From the NCBI GenBank assembly GCA_038065395.1, contig JBBTRB010000006.1:19493-83492 (forward strand): a stretch of 64,000 nucleotides of DNA, in the 5' to 3' direction. This document shows, in pieces, positions 1 to 9,577 of the stretch. Each line of letters begins with the position of its first letter. Position 1 is the first letter of the stretch. Origin of the DNA: Patescibacteria group bacterium (GTDB lineage: Bacteria > Patescibacteriota > Minisyncoccia > Phycocordibacterales > PALSA-1337). The notes under the pieces are model-generated. The model had not been told where the DNA came from, ran no database searches, and saw only the letters and a program-made list of their open reading frames with translations. Both the position numbers and the translations under genes were made by a program.

Positions 1-1
1 G

Positions 2-1135
2 ATCAAAGTGGTTATTGCTCATGCCCGAGAAAAAACCGATCGCGGACTACCTCGTATCATCGCTGCAGTCATGACCGAATCCAAAGGTCTTCGTCACGGC
101 TACATCACCAATGTCCAAGAAGCTGCCGAGAGTATCCGTAGAGCTGTTGCACTCGCCGAGGAAAAGGTTGGTACAAAAGTCAAAAAAGCTTTTATCGGTA
201 TTGGAGGTATCGGACTTTCGAGTGTCTCGGTATCGAGCTTCATCATGACCTCACGTGCAGATGCCGAGATCACCAGTCTCGACCTTTCTAAGCTCCGCGA
301 ACAGTGCGAAAAAGACCTACCGAAAAGTGCCACCGCCAACCGTCGTATCGTCTACGATATTCCGATCCAATACAAGATCGATGGTGCACCCGCGCTCGGC
401 CAACCCCTCGGACTCATCGGTAACAAGATCGAACAAAAGACTCTCTTCATCACCTGTCTCGACCATCATGTCACCAACCTCATTCACGCCGTCAATCAAG
501 CCGGCATCGAGGTCGAAGACGTCATGGCCGCACCACTTGCCGCTTCGTTCGTCACTCTATCCAAAACCCAAAAGATCGCCGGTTGCGTACTCACCAACAT
601 TGGCGCCGAAACTGTTTCTATTGCCATCTTCGAAAACAGCGTACCTACATCGCTCGAAGTCTTCCCGATCGGTTCTACCGATATCACCAACGACATCGCT
701 CTCGGTATCAAAGTTCCCCTCGAAGAAGCCGAGCAGATCAAGGTCGGTGCTATCACTGGCAGTTCGTATCCTCGCAAAAAACTCGACGAGATCATCTCTG
801 CCCGTGTCTCCGATATGTTTGAGCTCATCGAAGGACATCTCAAGAAGATCGGTCGCAACGGGCTCCTCCCTGCGGGTATTATCCTTGCTGGTGGTGGTTC
901 TGGTATCAACTCCATTGATCTCATGGCAAAGTCGTCTCTCAAGATCCCTGCACGTATCGGATCTATCAGTCCTGATAGCAAGTCACCGACCAAAGACGCT
1001 ATCTGGGCTGTTGCCTATGGCCTCACCGCCTGGGGTATCCATACCGAAGAAGGTCCTGAGATCGACACTTCTCTCCAATTCCTCAAACATGGCTGGAAAA
1101 CTCTCGTTCGTTGGTTCAAACAATTTTTGCCTTAG
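2..1135 (+). CDS. ftsA: Cell division protein FtsA (actin-like ATPase), 5'-truncated at window edge
   Basis: Translation carries an FtsA-like C-terminal region (ILAGGGSGINSIDLMAKSSLKIPARIG) and actin-fold glycine motifs. The frame is open back to position 2. It sits immediately upstream of ftsZ, the classic ftsA-ftsZ order. Confidence 0.85.
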   Translation: MKVVIAHAREKTDRGLPRIIAAVMTESKGLRHGYITNVQEAAESIRRAVALAEEKVGTKVKKAFIGIGGIGLSSVSVSSFIMTSRADAEITSLDLSKLREQCEKDLPKSATANRRIVYDIPIQYKIDGAPALGQPLGLIGNKIEQKTLFITCLDHHVTNLIHAVNQAGIEVEDVMAAPLAASFVTLSKTQKIAGCVLTNIGAETVSIAIFENSVPTSLEVFPIGSTDITNDIALGIKVPLEEAEQIKVGAITGSSYPRKKLDEIISARVSDMFELIEGHLKKIGRNGLLPAGIILAGGGSGINSIDLMAKSSLKIPARIGSISPDSKSPTKDAIWAVAYGLTAWGIHTEEGPEIDTSLQFLKHGWKTLVRWFKQFLP

Positions 1136-1240
1136 AAATAGCAATAACCCACCACAAACCTGTTATTCCTGCAAGTTGTGCCCCTTTTTTCGTGTGATAC
1201 TATACACCCTATCAACCACCGTAACACCGTACACGAAATC

Positions 1241-2473
1241 ATGCCCAACATTACTCCTGACATCGAAGCATTCGCACGTATCAAGGTCCTCGGCGTCGGA
1301 GGCTCTGGTGGCAACGCGGTTAGTCACATGATCGCCTCCAAGGTCAAGGGTGTCGACTTTATCGCCATCAACACAGACGCGCAAGATCTCCATCGATCTC
1401 TGGCCAAGAAACGCATTCATATCGGCAAGAACATTACCCGAGGACTCGGTACTGGTATGAATCCCGATCTCGGTCGTCGTGCCGTCGAAGAGAGCAAGGA
1501 CGAACTCCAAGAGGCCGTCAAAGGCGCCGACATGGTCTTCGTCGCTGGTGGACTCGGTGGAGGAACCTGCAGTGGCGCTAGTCCCCAAGTTGCCCGTACC
1601 GCAAAGGAGCTCGGCTGTCTCACTGTTGCCGTTGTTACCAAACCTTTTTACTTCGAAGGACGTCAGCGTGTACGTATCGCCGAGACCGCTCTCGAAGACC
1701 TCCGCAAAGAAGTAGACGCTATCATCGTCATTCCCAACGACAAACTCCTCTCTGCCATCAACAAAGAAACCACCGTCAAGAACGCCTTCGCCATGTGTGA
1801 CGAGATCCTGCGCCAGGCGGTTGAGGGTATCTCTGACCTGATCACCACTCCTGGACTCATCAATATCGACTTTGCAGATATCCGCACCGTCATGGAGAAC
1901 GCCGGCTCGGCACTCATGGGTATCGGCTCTGCCTCAGGCGACAACCGCGCTATCGACGCCGCCAAGGCCGCTATCAATTCTCCCCTTCTCGATGTGTCGA
2001 TCGCTGGCGCAAAGGGTGTCCTGTTCTCGATCGCTGGTGGCGAAGATCTCACCATGTTCGAGATCCAAGACGCCGCCAAAGTCATCACCGAGTCTATCGA
2101 CCCCGAAGCCAAGATCATCTTCGGTACGGTACGCGACGACAAGCTCAAGAAAAACGAGGTCAAGATCACCGTCATTGCAACCGGCTTCCCTGAAGGTCAG
2201 CTCCCTCAACGGTCCACCCCAACACAGACTCCTGAGCAATCCCAGGCCAATGAATCCAGTATTCTCTCTTTTATGAAAAGCGGCACTGCCGACAAAGGCA
2301 AGATCTTCAACCCTGCACCTGAACCTCGCCGTGACCGTGATGCCGTCATCGCCGAAAAGATCACTGACGTCAAAAAAGACGCCAAACCGATCACTCCTCC
2401 CCCTGCCCAAGAAAGCTCCGACGATGAATGGGGCGCCATACCGGCTTTTTTGAGACGGTCACGACTCAAGTAG
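1241..2473 (+). CDS. ftsZ: Cell division GTPase FtsZ
   Basis: Tubulin signature GVGGSGGNAV, and T7 loop / C-terminal tail typical of FtsZ. ATG at 1241 gives MPNITPDIEAF..; the ORF-track start 1178 is an upstream non-ATG extension. Confidence 0.9.
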   Translation: MPNITPDIEAFARIKVLGVGGSGGNAVSHMIASKVKGVDFIAINTDAQDLHRSLAKKRIHIGKNITRGLGTGMNPDLGRRAVEESKDELQEAVKGADMVFVAGGLGGGTCSGASPQVARTAKELGCLTVAVVTKPFYFEGRQRVRIAETALEDLRKEVDAIIVIPNDKLLSAINKETTVKNAFAMCDEILRQAVEGISDLITTPGLINIDFADIRTVMENAGSALMGIGSASGDNRAIDAAKAAINSPLLDVSIAGAKGVLFSIAGGEDLTMFEIQDAAKVITESIDPEAKIIFGTVRDDKLKKNEVKITVIATGFPEGQLPQRSTPTQTPEQSQANESSILSFMKSGTADKGKIFNPAPEPRRDRDAVIAEKITDVKKDAKPITPPPAQESSDDEWGAIPAFLRRSRLK

Positions 2474-2482
2474 CATTGACTT

Positions 2483-3034
2483 TTATACTGGATCGACTAT
2501 ACTTTTAGTTACCTTGGCCTTCGGGCTCCGAGATTCCCCACCTTTTGGTGGGGTTTCGATTTCCAAGGTTTCTAACAGCAACTTCATGAACATAATCAAA
2601 ACTTTTTGAAAAGTTTTTACATCGAGATGCGACATCTTTCTTATAAGTCTTTTACTACTTATGATGCGTATCTGATCGAGAAGAATTTGTGAGTGTAATC
2701 CTGTACACGTCGTATGAATTCTATATTTCAGATCAAGTATTTTGGTAGTAAGTGGGGCTATGAGCGTCAAATCTTTCCTGATCTTCTTGATAACAAGAAC
2801 TGGCCTCTCGAATGTTTCGGTAGTTCCATCTTGCTCTGAGCCAATATTCACCCCCAACGCACACCACCATAACTCTCTTTCATAGAAAAAGTCATTGAAT
2901 TCTCGGGAATCGATCTGTTCCGCATGATCGCTCCACAATTTGAACTGTTTGATATATATCTCAGACATTAGCGTAACTATACTCAACCGAGATAAAATCC
3001 GTATGAATTTAGGTTCAAGAAACGATAAATTCAA
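2483..3034 (-). CDS. Hypothetical protein (183 aa), no recognisable domain
   Basis: Long ORF opposite to its neighbours that fills the ftsZ-trxB gap. No motif recognised. Confidence 0.35.
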   Translation of the reverse strand: MNLSFLEPKFIRILSRLSIVTLMSEIYIKQFKLWSDHAEQIDSREFNDFFYERELWWCALGVNIGSEQDGTTETFERPVLVIKKIRKDLTLIAPLTTKILDLKYRIHTTCTGLHSQILLDQIRIISSKRLIRKMSHLDVKTFQKVLIMFMKLLLETLEIETPPKGGESRSPKAKVTKSIVDPV

Positions 3035-3050
3035 CGAAAGATGTGCTAAG

Positions 3051-3995
3051 ATGATCCCTATGTCTCATATCTACGATCTTGCGATCATCGGCGGAGGACC
3101 AGGCGGTGCAGCGGCTGGTGTGTATGCATCACGCAAACGTCTCAAGACAGTTTTCATCACAAAAGACTGGCTCGGCCAGAGTAATGTCTCCGAGAAGATC
3201 GAGAACTGGGTCGGTACCATAGCAATATCAGGACTCGAACTCTCTACGAGTCTCGAAAAGCACGTCAAAGCCTACGCCGAAGGGATCATTGATTTCAAAG
3301 AGGGCGAGCTATGTACCCAGATACAAAAGTCAGACACGGAAGATGCCGTCTTCACGATCTCAACTGACAAGGGTTCGTACCAGGCCAAGACGATCCTGAT
3401 CACAAGTGGCAGCAGCAGACGCACACTCGATGTGCCTGGCGCCAAAGAATACGACAACAAAGGTCTGACCTACTGTGCGACCTGCGATGGCCCTCTCTTT
3501 GCCGACCAGGACGTCGTGGTCGTTGGTGGTGGCAATGCCGGATTCGAAAGTGCCGCGCAGCTCCTGGCATACTGCAAGAGTGTCACGCTCCTCTCACGCA
3601 GTGAATTCAAGGCAGACCCGGGCACCGTCGAAAAAGTCCTGAGTAACCCCAAGATGCGTGCCATAACCAATGCACTTCCCAAAGAAGTCCGCGGAGAGAA
3701 GTTCGTCACCTCATTCACCTATACTGACACTGCTTCTGGTACAGATATCACACTTCCAGTCACGGGTGTATTCGTCGAAGTAGGCTCGATCCCCAACAGT
3801 AGTTTCGTCAAAGACATCGTCAAGCTCGACCAATACAACCGTATCCCTGTTGACCCACGTACCCAGATGACTTCTACCCCGGGTATCTGGGCAGCTGGAG
3901 ATGTGACCGACGGACTTTACCATCAGAACAACATCGCAGCCGGAGATGCCGTGAAAGCTCTCGAAGATATCTATCTGTATATCCACGCAAAATAA
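3051..3995 (+). CDS. trxB: Thioredoxin-disulfide reductase-like flavoprotein (TrxB family)
   Basis: FAD-binding GGGPGG at the N-terminus, redox-active CATCDG, and an NAD(P)-binding VVVVGGGNAG. ATG at 3051 (MIPMSHIYDLAIIGGG). Confidence 0.75.
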   Translation: MIPMSHIYDLAIIGGGPGGAAAGVYASRKRLKTVFITKDWLGQSNVSEKIENWVGTIAISGLELSTSLEKHVKAYAEGIIDFKEGELCTQIQKSDTEDAVFTISTDKGSYQAKTILITSGSSRRTLDVPGAKEYDNKGLTYCATCDGPLFADQDVVVVGGGNAGFESAAQLLAYCKSVTLLSRSEFKADPGTVEKVLSNPKMRAITNALPKEVRGEKFVTSFTYTDTASGTDITLPVTGVFVEVGSIPNSSFVKDIVKLDQYNRIPVDPRTQMTSTPGIWAAGDVTDGLYHQNNIAAGDAVKALEDIYLYIHAK

Positions 3996-4051
3996 GTTCA
4001 CAATCCCCCTCTTGTCTTCCCTGCTTCTTGAATCATGAATCCTGGATCTTT

Positions 4052-4579
4052 CTATTCGCACTCTCCCCACAGACCTTTTTTATTTTGCTTGGCTTCCCTC
4101 TCAGTTTTTCGAAATTCTTTTTGCAGAGAATAGGGTTTGCCATAGGTATATTCTCGGGCAAAGCCCTTTTCAAGCAAGTGTTCGTTGATGAACATGCCAT
4201 CGTCACGATACACATAGGCTAGGTAGCGGCCATATTTGTCGAGGACTTCTCTGTCGGGGTTGAGCACAAGCCTGACCGAATGATCCTTGAGCATGCTCTT
4301 TGTTTCAGCTGAAGCTTCTGCACCATAACACTGGGCAGGTTTACGAGGATCTACCGTCTCTGGAGTGTCGATACCCAACATGCGAACCGTGATATGTTTG
4401 CGTTTCACTACGAGAGTGAATGTATCACCATCGAGAATTGCCTCGACCGGATAGAGGACGCGAGGATCAATAGAGACTACTTTTTGTTGCTCCACCCTTT
4501 CAGGGAGAAGGATCCAGTAACCTATAACACCGATACATACGACTACGCACACGAGCAGAACCTTCTTCTTTGTATTCAT
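4052..4579 (-). CDS. Thermonuclease (staphylococcal nuclease / SNase-like), membrane-anchored or secreted
   Basis: N-terminal hydrophobic segment, then an SNase-family-like core (DGDTFTLV...VRMLGIDTPET..GRYLAYVY..NEHLLEKGFA). Confidence 0.8.
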   Translation of the reverse strand: MNTKKKVLLVCVVVCIGVIGYWILLPERVEQQKVVSIDPRVLYPVEAILDGDTFTLVVKRKHITVRMLGIDTPETVDPRKPAQCYGAEASAETKSMLKDHSVRLVLNPDREVLDKYGRYLAYVYRDDGMFINEHLLEKGFAREYTYGKPYSLQKEFRKTEREAKQNKKGLWGECE

Positions 4580-4760
4580 GGAGCTGGCAGGCTCACGATC
4601 TTCCGTGGCGACAGTATATCAGAAGTATTCATACCACAATAGCGACAATTACATTATATTGACATAGAGTCAACTACATAGTAGAGTACCGACTAGTGGC
4701 ACCTTCTCATGAAGGTGCCAATTTTTGAAAATACAACCTCGAACCCCGAAAGGATCGAAT

Positions 4761-6359
4761 ATGAAGCTCCTCAAAAACACGCCAGGACTGGCATGGACAT
4801 GGATGGTGCTGGTCTGCACCCTCCTCTTCAGAACCCCAGATGCATACACTGCGGTACGTATCGGATTGACCCGGACTGGTCCACAGACACTGTCACTCAC
4901 CTGGCCCAGTAGTCCCAACGTCATCTACCGAGTGCAAAGCTCGACCAATGCTCATGGTCCGTGGAAGAAGTCATTCTCCCCCGTTCTAGGCAATGGCCAG
5001 CAAAAGTCTATCCCTCTACCAAGCCCGAAGCCAATGGAACTGTTCCGGTTGACTGAATTATCGATCGATAGTTCGATCGACCTGACCGAAGATCATCTGC
5101 TCAGTGGTACGGTACAGATCGACATTACTGCTCTTGCAACATCAGGTGACATACAGTCTATCGGGCTGTGGGATATCTTCCGGAGCACCACCAATGTCCT
5201 TGATTATATCGACATCCGCGACCCGTCTCGACGGTCATTCACGGTCAACACTGCACATCTGCGCAACGGAACTCATGGATTGCAACTGGAACTCATCACA
5301 CCGAACCTCATCTCGTACTCAGACATGGTGCCAGTGCGTTCCAGCAATGCTATCGCCGTGGTCAGTCAGATCCCCACAGAGTTCATGAGGTACCTCGAAT
5401 TCGTACCTCATGCTACCAATGGCACCTACTCGGTCATCGTCAAGAATGACCAAGGTACGATGGTACAAAGCACTAACCGGAATATGGCAGGATCACTGAG
5501 TACCAACGGTACGATCGTCTTCAAAGATGGCTCTGCTCGTTTCACCAACATCTACAGCAGTGCCTACTTCGACTATACGATCACCACCGTGGTAGGACAG
5601 ACAACCAGCACCTATTCCTTCCGATCACCGACGGTCAGCGTCTTCGATTGGCTGGAAGGGACAGTTATCGGCCAAGTGCCTGCAGAGCTGGATATTGAGA
5701 CGAGTGAACTCGAACGTATGCTCCTTGCGCCAACGGTCAACTTTGGCTTTTGGGGAGATATGTTCATCTTTGCCACACAAACACGCGAGACCACGGTTGA
5801 AAGCTGGAATATGCTCGCGGATAGCACTTACGAGGTGTGTAACGACTACCTACTCGGTTCTTATGGACGTGCACCTTCGCACGTACATATCTATAGTTCT
5901 GGTGGAACTGACTATGTCGGTTCCCGAAGTACGAACAAAACCGAAGGAGTAAGCACTGCCACGCTACAGAGTCTGAGTCTGTCCAACCGTCCAACGTTCT
6001 TATTCCTGGATGGCTGTTCGGTACCCAGAAGTCTGGCTGCTCACCTCTCAGGGATCACTGATCTCGGAGCCCGTTGGTCTAGAGCAGATCTCCTCCGAGA
6101 AGGACGAAGACCACATGTCGTCTTTTACTGGAAAGATACTCCGTTCCCTTACCAGGAAGCGGATGTCTCTGTACGACATCGAAGCTTCATCGCCGATCTG
6201 TACACGGAACTCTGGAAACCAGACTTCATCGGACTTCCTGCTCAGACGATCGATGTTGCACTGGCCAAGATGCGTCAGCGATACCCAGGACCCATGAGCG
6301 AACTCTACAGGATGGGTTCGACGGATATCTTCATCGACGAGACGCTACCCCATCAGTGA
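4761..6359 (+). CDS. Secreted hypothetical protein (about 530 aa)
   Basis: Signal-peptide-like N-terminus (MKLLKNTPGLAWTWMVLVCTLLF). AAGGA 8 nt upstream of the ATG at 4761. A terminator hairpin follows the stop. C-terminal region has a His...hydrophobic-DGC pattern (HVHIYSSGG / FLFLDGCS) faintly reminiscent of clan CD cysteine peptidases. Confidence 0.6.
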   Translation: MKLLKNTPGLAWTWMVLVCTLLFRTPDAYTAVRIGLTRTGPQTLSLTWPSSPNVIYRVQSSTNAHGPWKKSFSPVLGNGQQKSIPLPSPKPMELFRLTELSIDSSIDLTEDHLLSGTVQIDITALATSGDIQSIGLWDIFRSTTNVLDYIDIRDPSRRSFTVNTAHLRNGTHGLQLELITPNLISYSDMVPVRSSNAIAVVSQIPTEFMRYLEFVPHATNGTYSVIVKNDQGTMVQSTNRNMAGSLSTNGTIVFKDGSARFTNIYSSAYFDYTITTVVGQTTSTYSFRSPTVSVFDWLEGTVIGQVPAELDIETSELERMLLAPTVNFGFWGDMFIFATQTRETTVESWNMLADSTYEVCNDYLLGSYGRAPSHVHIYSSGGTDYVGSRSTNKTEGVSTATLQSLSLSNRPTFLFLDGCSVPRSLAAHLSGITDLGARWSRADLLREGRRPHVVFYWKDTPFPYQEADVSVRHRSFIADLYTELWKPDFIGLPAQTIDVALAKMRQRYPGPMSELYRMGSTDIFIDETLPHQ

Positions 6360-6374
6360 AAGTACTGTCACACA

Positions 6375-6418
6375 TCCCCTTGCCACCTGAAAACGGCAGG
6401 GGGATTTTTATATTTATG
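6375..6418 (+). terminator. Rho-independent terminator
   Basis: TCCCCTTGCC..GGCAGGGGGA stem followed by TTTTTATATTT. Confidence 0.6.
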
Positions 6419-6544
6419 CACTACAAAAGAGTGTTGACAATGTATGGTCAAATATGAAATAATACTAGTCGGGAAAAACACATGGATGTGTTTTTAGGGA
6501 AACTACATAGCACGTTAACAACTCAAAGAGAAAGGTTACGCAGT

Positions 6545-7303
6545 ATGAAGAAGTGTTTCTCAGTTAGCACTAGATGTGCACTCATCCTCATGTGTCTCGG
6601 CGCATTTGTCCGCCCAACTCATTCACAAATACTCGTCGAACGGTGGGTAGATATCCCCCTTTACTACCTTGATAGCAAGGCTGAACACCGAGTCACTCGG
6701 CGACTCTACTGGTCCGAATGGGTCGAGACCGGCAGGAAGATCTATGATTTCACCCTGAAAGGAGGTACGCTTACCTACCATTTTGGAGTGAGCAAAGGAT
6801 CGACCAACATCATCTACCAGGAACAATATGTGCGTGATCTCGACAACTACACTGTCGATGTGACGCGTTGTGAGTTCTATCACAACAGATACTCAACTGG
6901 TGGAATGCAGACCAATATCTTGAGCCGAACATTCGGCGGTCCCAATTATACGCCTACTGATGACTGGCTCATAGGTACTCGCGTCAGAACGGTAGACAAT
7001 ATCACCCGGCTGACAGACAAGGGCATGTTCACGTTGCGGTATATCAATACCAACAACTACGCTGCATGGGGAAGCCATCACATGCTCATTGGAAGCAAGA
7101 ACACTTCTTTCACGAACACCTTCATCGTAGACGGTCTCAGCATACGTGAGTATGCCCCGTCCTTGGGGGATTTCACACCCCTGACCAAGAAGAACCTGAC
7201 ATGGGCGATCGAACAAGGCGAGGAATGGTTCACGCCACCCCCGCCAGAAGACGAGCTCTGGTCACCAACCCCACAACCTGCACGCACATGGCGTCGCAGA
7301 TAA
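6545..7303 (+). CDS. Secreted hypothetical protein
   Basis: ATG at 6545 preceded by AAAGG. MKKCFSVSTRCALILMCLGAF signal-like N-terminus. No known domain. Confidence 0.55.
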   Translation: MKKCFSVSTRCALILMCLGAFVRPTHSQILVERWVDIPLYYLDSKAEHRVTRRLYWSEWVETGRKIYDFTLKGGTLTYHFGVSKGSTNIIYQEQYVRDLDNYTVDVTRCEFYHNRYSTGGMQTNILSRTFGGPNYTPTDDWLIGTRVRTVDNITRLTDKGMFTLRYINTNNYAAWGSHHMLIGSKNTSFTNTFIVDGLSIREYAPSLGDFTPLTKKNLTWAIEQGEEWFTPPPPEDELWSPTPQPARTWRRR

Positions 7304-7315
7304 CAGGAGTTCACT

Positions 7316-8086
7316 ATGAACATTCGACCTCACGTATCTATCCCCTGTACCCTTATCCTTGGCAGCGTTCTGTTGTTGTGGGTATTGAGTCCAAGGAGAA
7401 GTACTGAACAACGTCCTCTATCGATCGAGGTTGCCTCCTCTTCGGAGAGACCTCATGAGATGCCGACGCCTGAATTCGTTGCACGGCCAGCCATGCAACA
7501 TCCTCTGTTGGTACGATCCGATCATCCTCGGCCCGAGGCACATATTCCCTCTGCCGAAGAAATCCTGGGTTCGTTCACAACACTGCCCGCATCCTTACGT
7601 GACCCGAAGATAGTCAAAGCGATCCAGGAGCATCGAGTATCGAGCTCTCGGATCCTCTCGGCAATGCCAAAAGCGCCTTTGTCCTATGACCCTCCAGAAC
7701 TAAGTGAGGATCCTACTGACGAAGAAATCGCGGCTCGAGATCGTTATGATCTCGAATTCCGAAGCAAGCGTCTCGCTACTGCAGATGACGAGCGTACCTC
7801 ACTCGCACAAGTACAGATCGCTGCTACTGAGGCACTCAACGGTCTGGAAACTACACTCGGTGCCGCTTACCCTGACTACGTCCAGTGGACCATGGCCGAG
7901 AGCATCGCCGCTACTCTGTCATGGCATCTTGAAAGTGAACAAGGGACTCGTTCGGCCGCAGAAAACATCGTCAAGATGGTCTCCCAAGGCCACTCAGTCG
8001 ATGATATCTTCGACCGGATCGAAATCCTCAAACCTCTTCGAGGGACCGAAGTAGTAACGTTCGTCAGTACACGTGTACGACCATGA
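7316..8086 (+). CDS. Hypothetical exported/membrane-anchored protein
   Basis: AGGAG 8 nt upstream of the ATG. Hydrophobic N-terminus (CTLILGSVLLLWVL). A terminator follows. Confidence 0.55.
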   Translation: MNIRPHVSIPCTLILGSVLLLWVLSPRRSTEQRPLSIEVASSSERPHEMPTPEFVARPAMQHPLLVRSDHPRPEAHIPSAEEILGSFTTLPASLRDPKIVKAIQEHRVSSSRILSAMPKAPLSYDPPELSEDPTDEEIAARDRYDLEFRSKRLATADDERTSLAQVQIAATEALNGLETTLGAAYPDYVQWTMAESIAATLSWHLESEQGTRSAAENIVKMVSQGHSVDDIFDRIEILKPLRGTEVVTFVSTRVRP

Positions 8087-8102
8087 TGGATCCGTCAACT
8101 TC

Positions 8103-8135
8103 CCTCGAGCCACAACCTGGCTTGAGGTTTTTTTA
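8103..8135 (+). terminator. Rho-independent terminator
   Basis: CCTCGAGCC..GGCTTGAGG stem followed by TTTTTTT. Confidence 0.6.
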
Positions 8136-8200
8136 TTCTTGATACCTGGCATCTTTGAAGTCTGACGGTTTTGATGTAGGATAGGGCGATAGTACTATAC

Positions 8201-8289
8201 GGAGAGATGGCTGAGTGGTTTAAGGCAGCGGTTTACTAAACCGCCGTTCCCTCACGGGAACCGTGGGTTCGAATCCCACTCTCTCCGCA
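8201..8289 (+). tRNA. tRNA-Ser (type II, long variable arm); hand-folded anticodon reads ACU
   Basis: 7-bp acceptor GGAGAGA/TCTCTCC, G73 discriminator, and a Ser-type D-loop GCTGAGTGGTTTAAGGC. Anticodon stem GCGGT/ACCGC, loop TTACTAA. Variable arm CGTTCCCTCACGGGAACCG; T-arm GTGGGTTCGAATCCCAC. Confidence 0.8.
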
Positions 8290-8476
8290 GTTGATCTGTA
8301 CCCCATAAAGTGGACACGGGTACACGTTTTCTTTTGTTAGAATTAGAAAATCATACAATGAAGACACCGAGGCTTGAGTCAGGTGGTTACAAATATTAAC
8401 CAGTTGGAAATGATAGCAGAAGACAGGAAAATGCGTCTAAAAATGTTAGAATTATCAAAGAATCGAAAACAAAACT

Positions 8477-8830
8477 ATGCCCTTACCAATGCCCCAAAGA
8501 GTTCCTGAGCCAGGCTTTTACTATCACTACAAGCATGATCCAAGTGGAACCATTAACGACTATGCCTATGAAGTTGTAGGTGTCGGATTCCATACTGAGG
8601 ATGATGTTCGTCCCGGTGAAGCTCACTTCATTGTGTATCGTCCGTTGTATGAGGCCTCGGTCTACAAAGCTTCGAAAGTGCTCGGTATCCCCTGTTTCGA
8701 CAATCGTCCGCTCGAAATGTGGATGGAGAATATCGAGAAAGAGGGTAGATCCTTTCCTCGTTTTCAGAAGATCACTGATCCTACAATCATCTCTGAACTC
8801 AAGAAGGTCAGAGATGCGATGTATATTTAA
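8477..8830 (+). CDS. DUF1653-like small protein
   Basis: Pattern YYHYKHD..YEVVGVGFHTE...HFIVYRPLY resembles the DUF1653 family. Confidence 0.55.
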   Translation: MPLPMPQRVPEPGFYYHYKHDPSGTINDYAYEVVGVGFHTEDDVRPGEAHFIVYRPLYEASVYKASKVLGIPCFDNRPLEMWMENIEKEGRSFPRFQKITDPTIISELKKVRDAMYI

Positions 8831-8902
8831 GAGACCACAACATTCCAGAATGTCTCACAAATTCTGGAATTTTTAATACTACGAATCTGCTAAAATCTAC
8901 TC

Positions 8903-9577
8903 ATGAACGCCGCTTCGATCAAACTCGAACCCTCCTGGAAAAAGGCTTTGGGAGAAGAGTTTGCTAGACCTTATTTCCAAGAGTTATCGTCATTCGTCCG
9001 ACAGGAATATTTGACCAAGAGTATATATCCTGCACCCACAGATGTATTCCGCGCGTTCGAGATGTGCCCTTTCAACCAGGTCAAAGTCGTCATACTGGGA
9101 CAAGATCCATATCATGGAGAACGACAGGCCAATGGTCTTTCCTTTGCCGTTCATACCGGCATCCCCTTGCCACCATCACTCCGCAATATATTCAAAGAGA
9201 TCCAGGCCGACACCGGTATCACGCCTCTACCTGACGGAGACCTGTCACGCTGGGCAACTCAGGGAGTACTCCTCCTCAATGCCACCCTGACAGTACAAGC
9301 CAGCAGCCCTGGATCACATCAGAACAAAGGCTGGGAACTCTTCACTGATGCAGTCATCCGGACACTGTCCGACCAGAAAGAGCACCTTGTGTTCATCCTC
9401 TGGGGCAACTATGCCAAGAACAAAGGAGCGTTGATCAATCGCGAAAAACATCATGTCATCGAATCCCCCCACCCTTCACCTTTCTCTGCACACAATGGAT
9501 TCTTCGGATCAAAACCTTTTAGTAAGACCAATGCGTACCTGGCTTCGCAGGGTTACACGGAGATAGATTGGAGATAG
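8903..9577 (+). CDS. ung: Uracil-DNA glycosylase (family 1)
   Basis: Motif VKVVILGQDPYHGERQANGLSFAV, and the C-terminal HPSPFSA..GFFG motif. Confidence 0.9.
   Translation: MNAASIKLEPSWKKALGEEFARPYFQELSSFVRQEYLTKSIYPAPTDVFRAFEMCPFNQVKVVILGQDPYHGERQANGLSFAVHTGIPLPPSLRNIFKEIQADTGITPLPDGDLSRWATQGVLLLNATLTVQASSPGSHQNKGWELFTDAVIRTLSDQKEHLVFILWGNYAKNKGALINREKHHVIESPHPSPFSAHNGFFGSKPFSKTNAYLASQGYTEIDWR

Noticed and set aside
255-1331. 358-aa plus-strand ORF overlapping ftsA in another frame, and many similar long antisense or alternate-frame ORFs (e.g. 496-993, 1663-2175, 11706-12053, 25114-25692, 46068-46493, 60662-61243)
   Set aside because: They overlap genes with strong family-level motifs (FtsA, FtsZ, ABC NBDs, EF-Ts, NrdA, RNase J). 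Translations are low-complexity Ser/Arg/Pro-rich, typical of off-frame reading of coding DNA.
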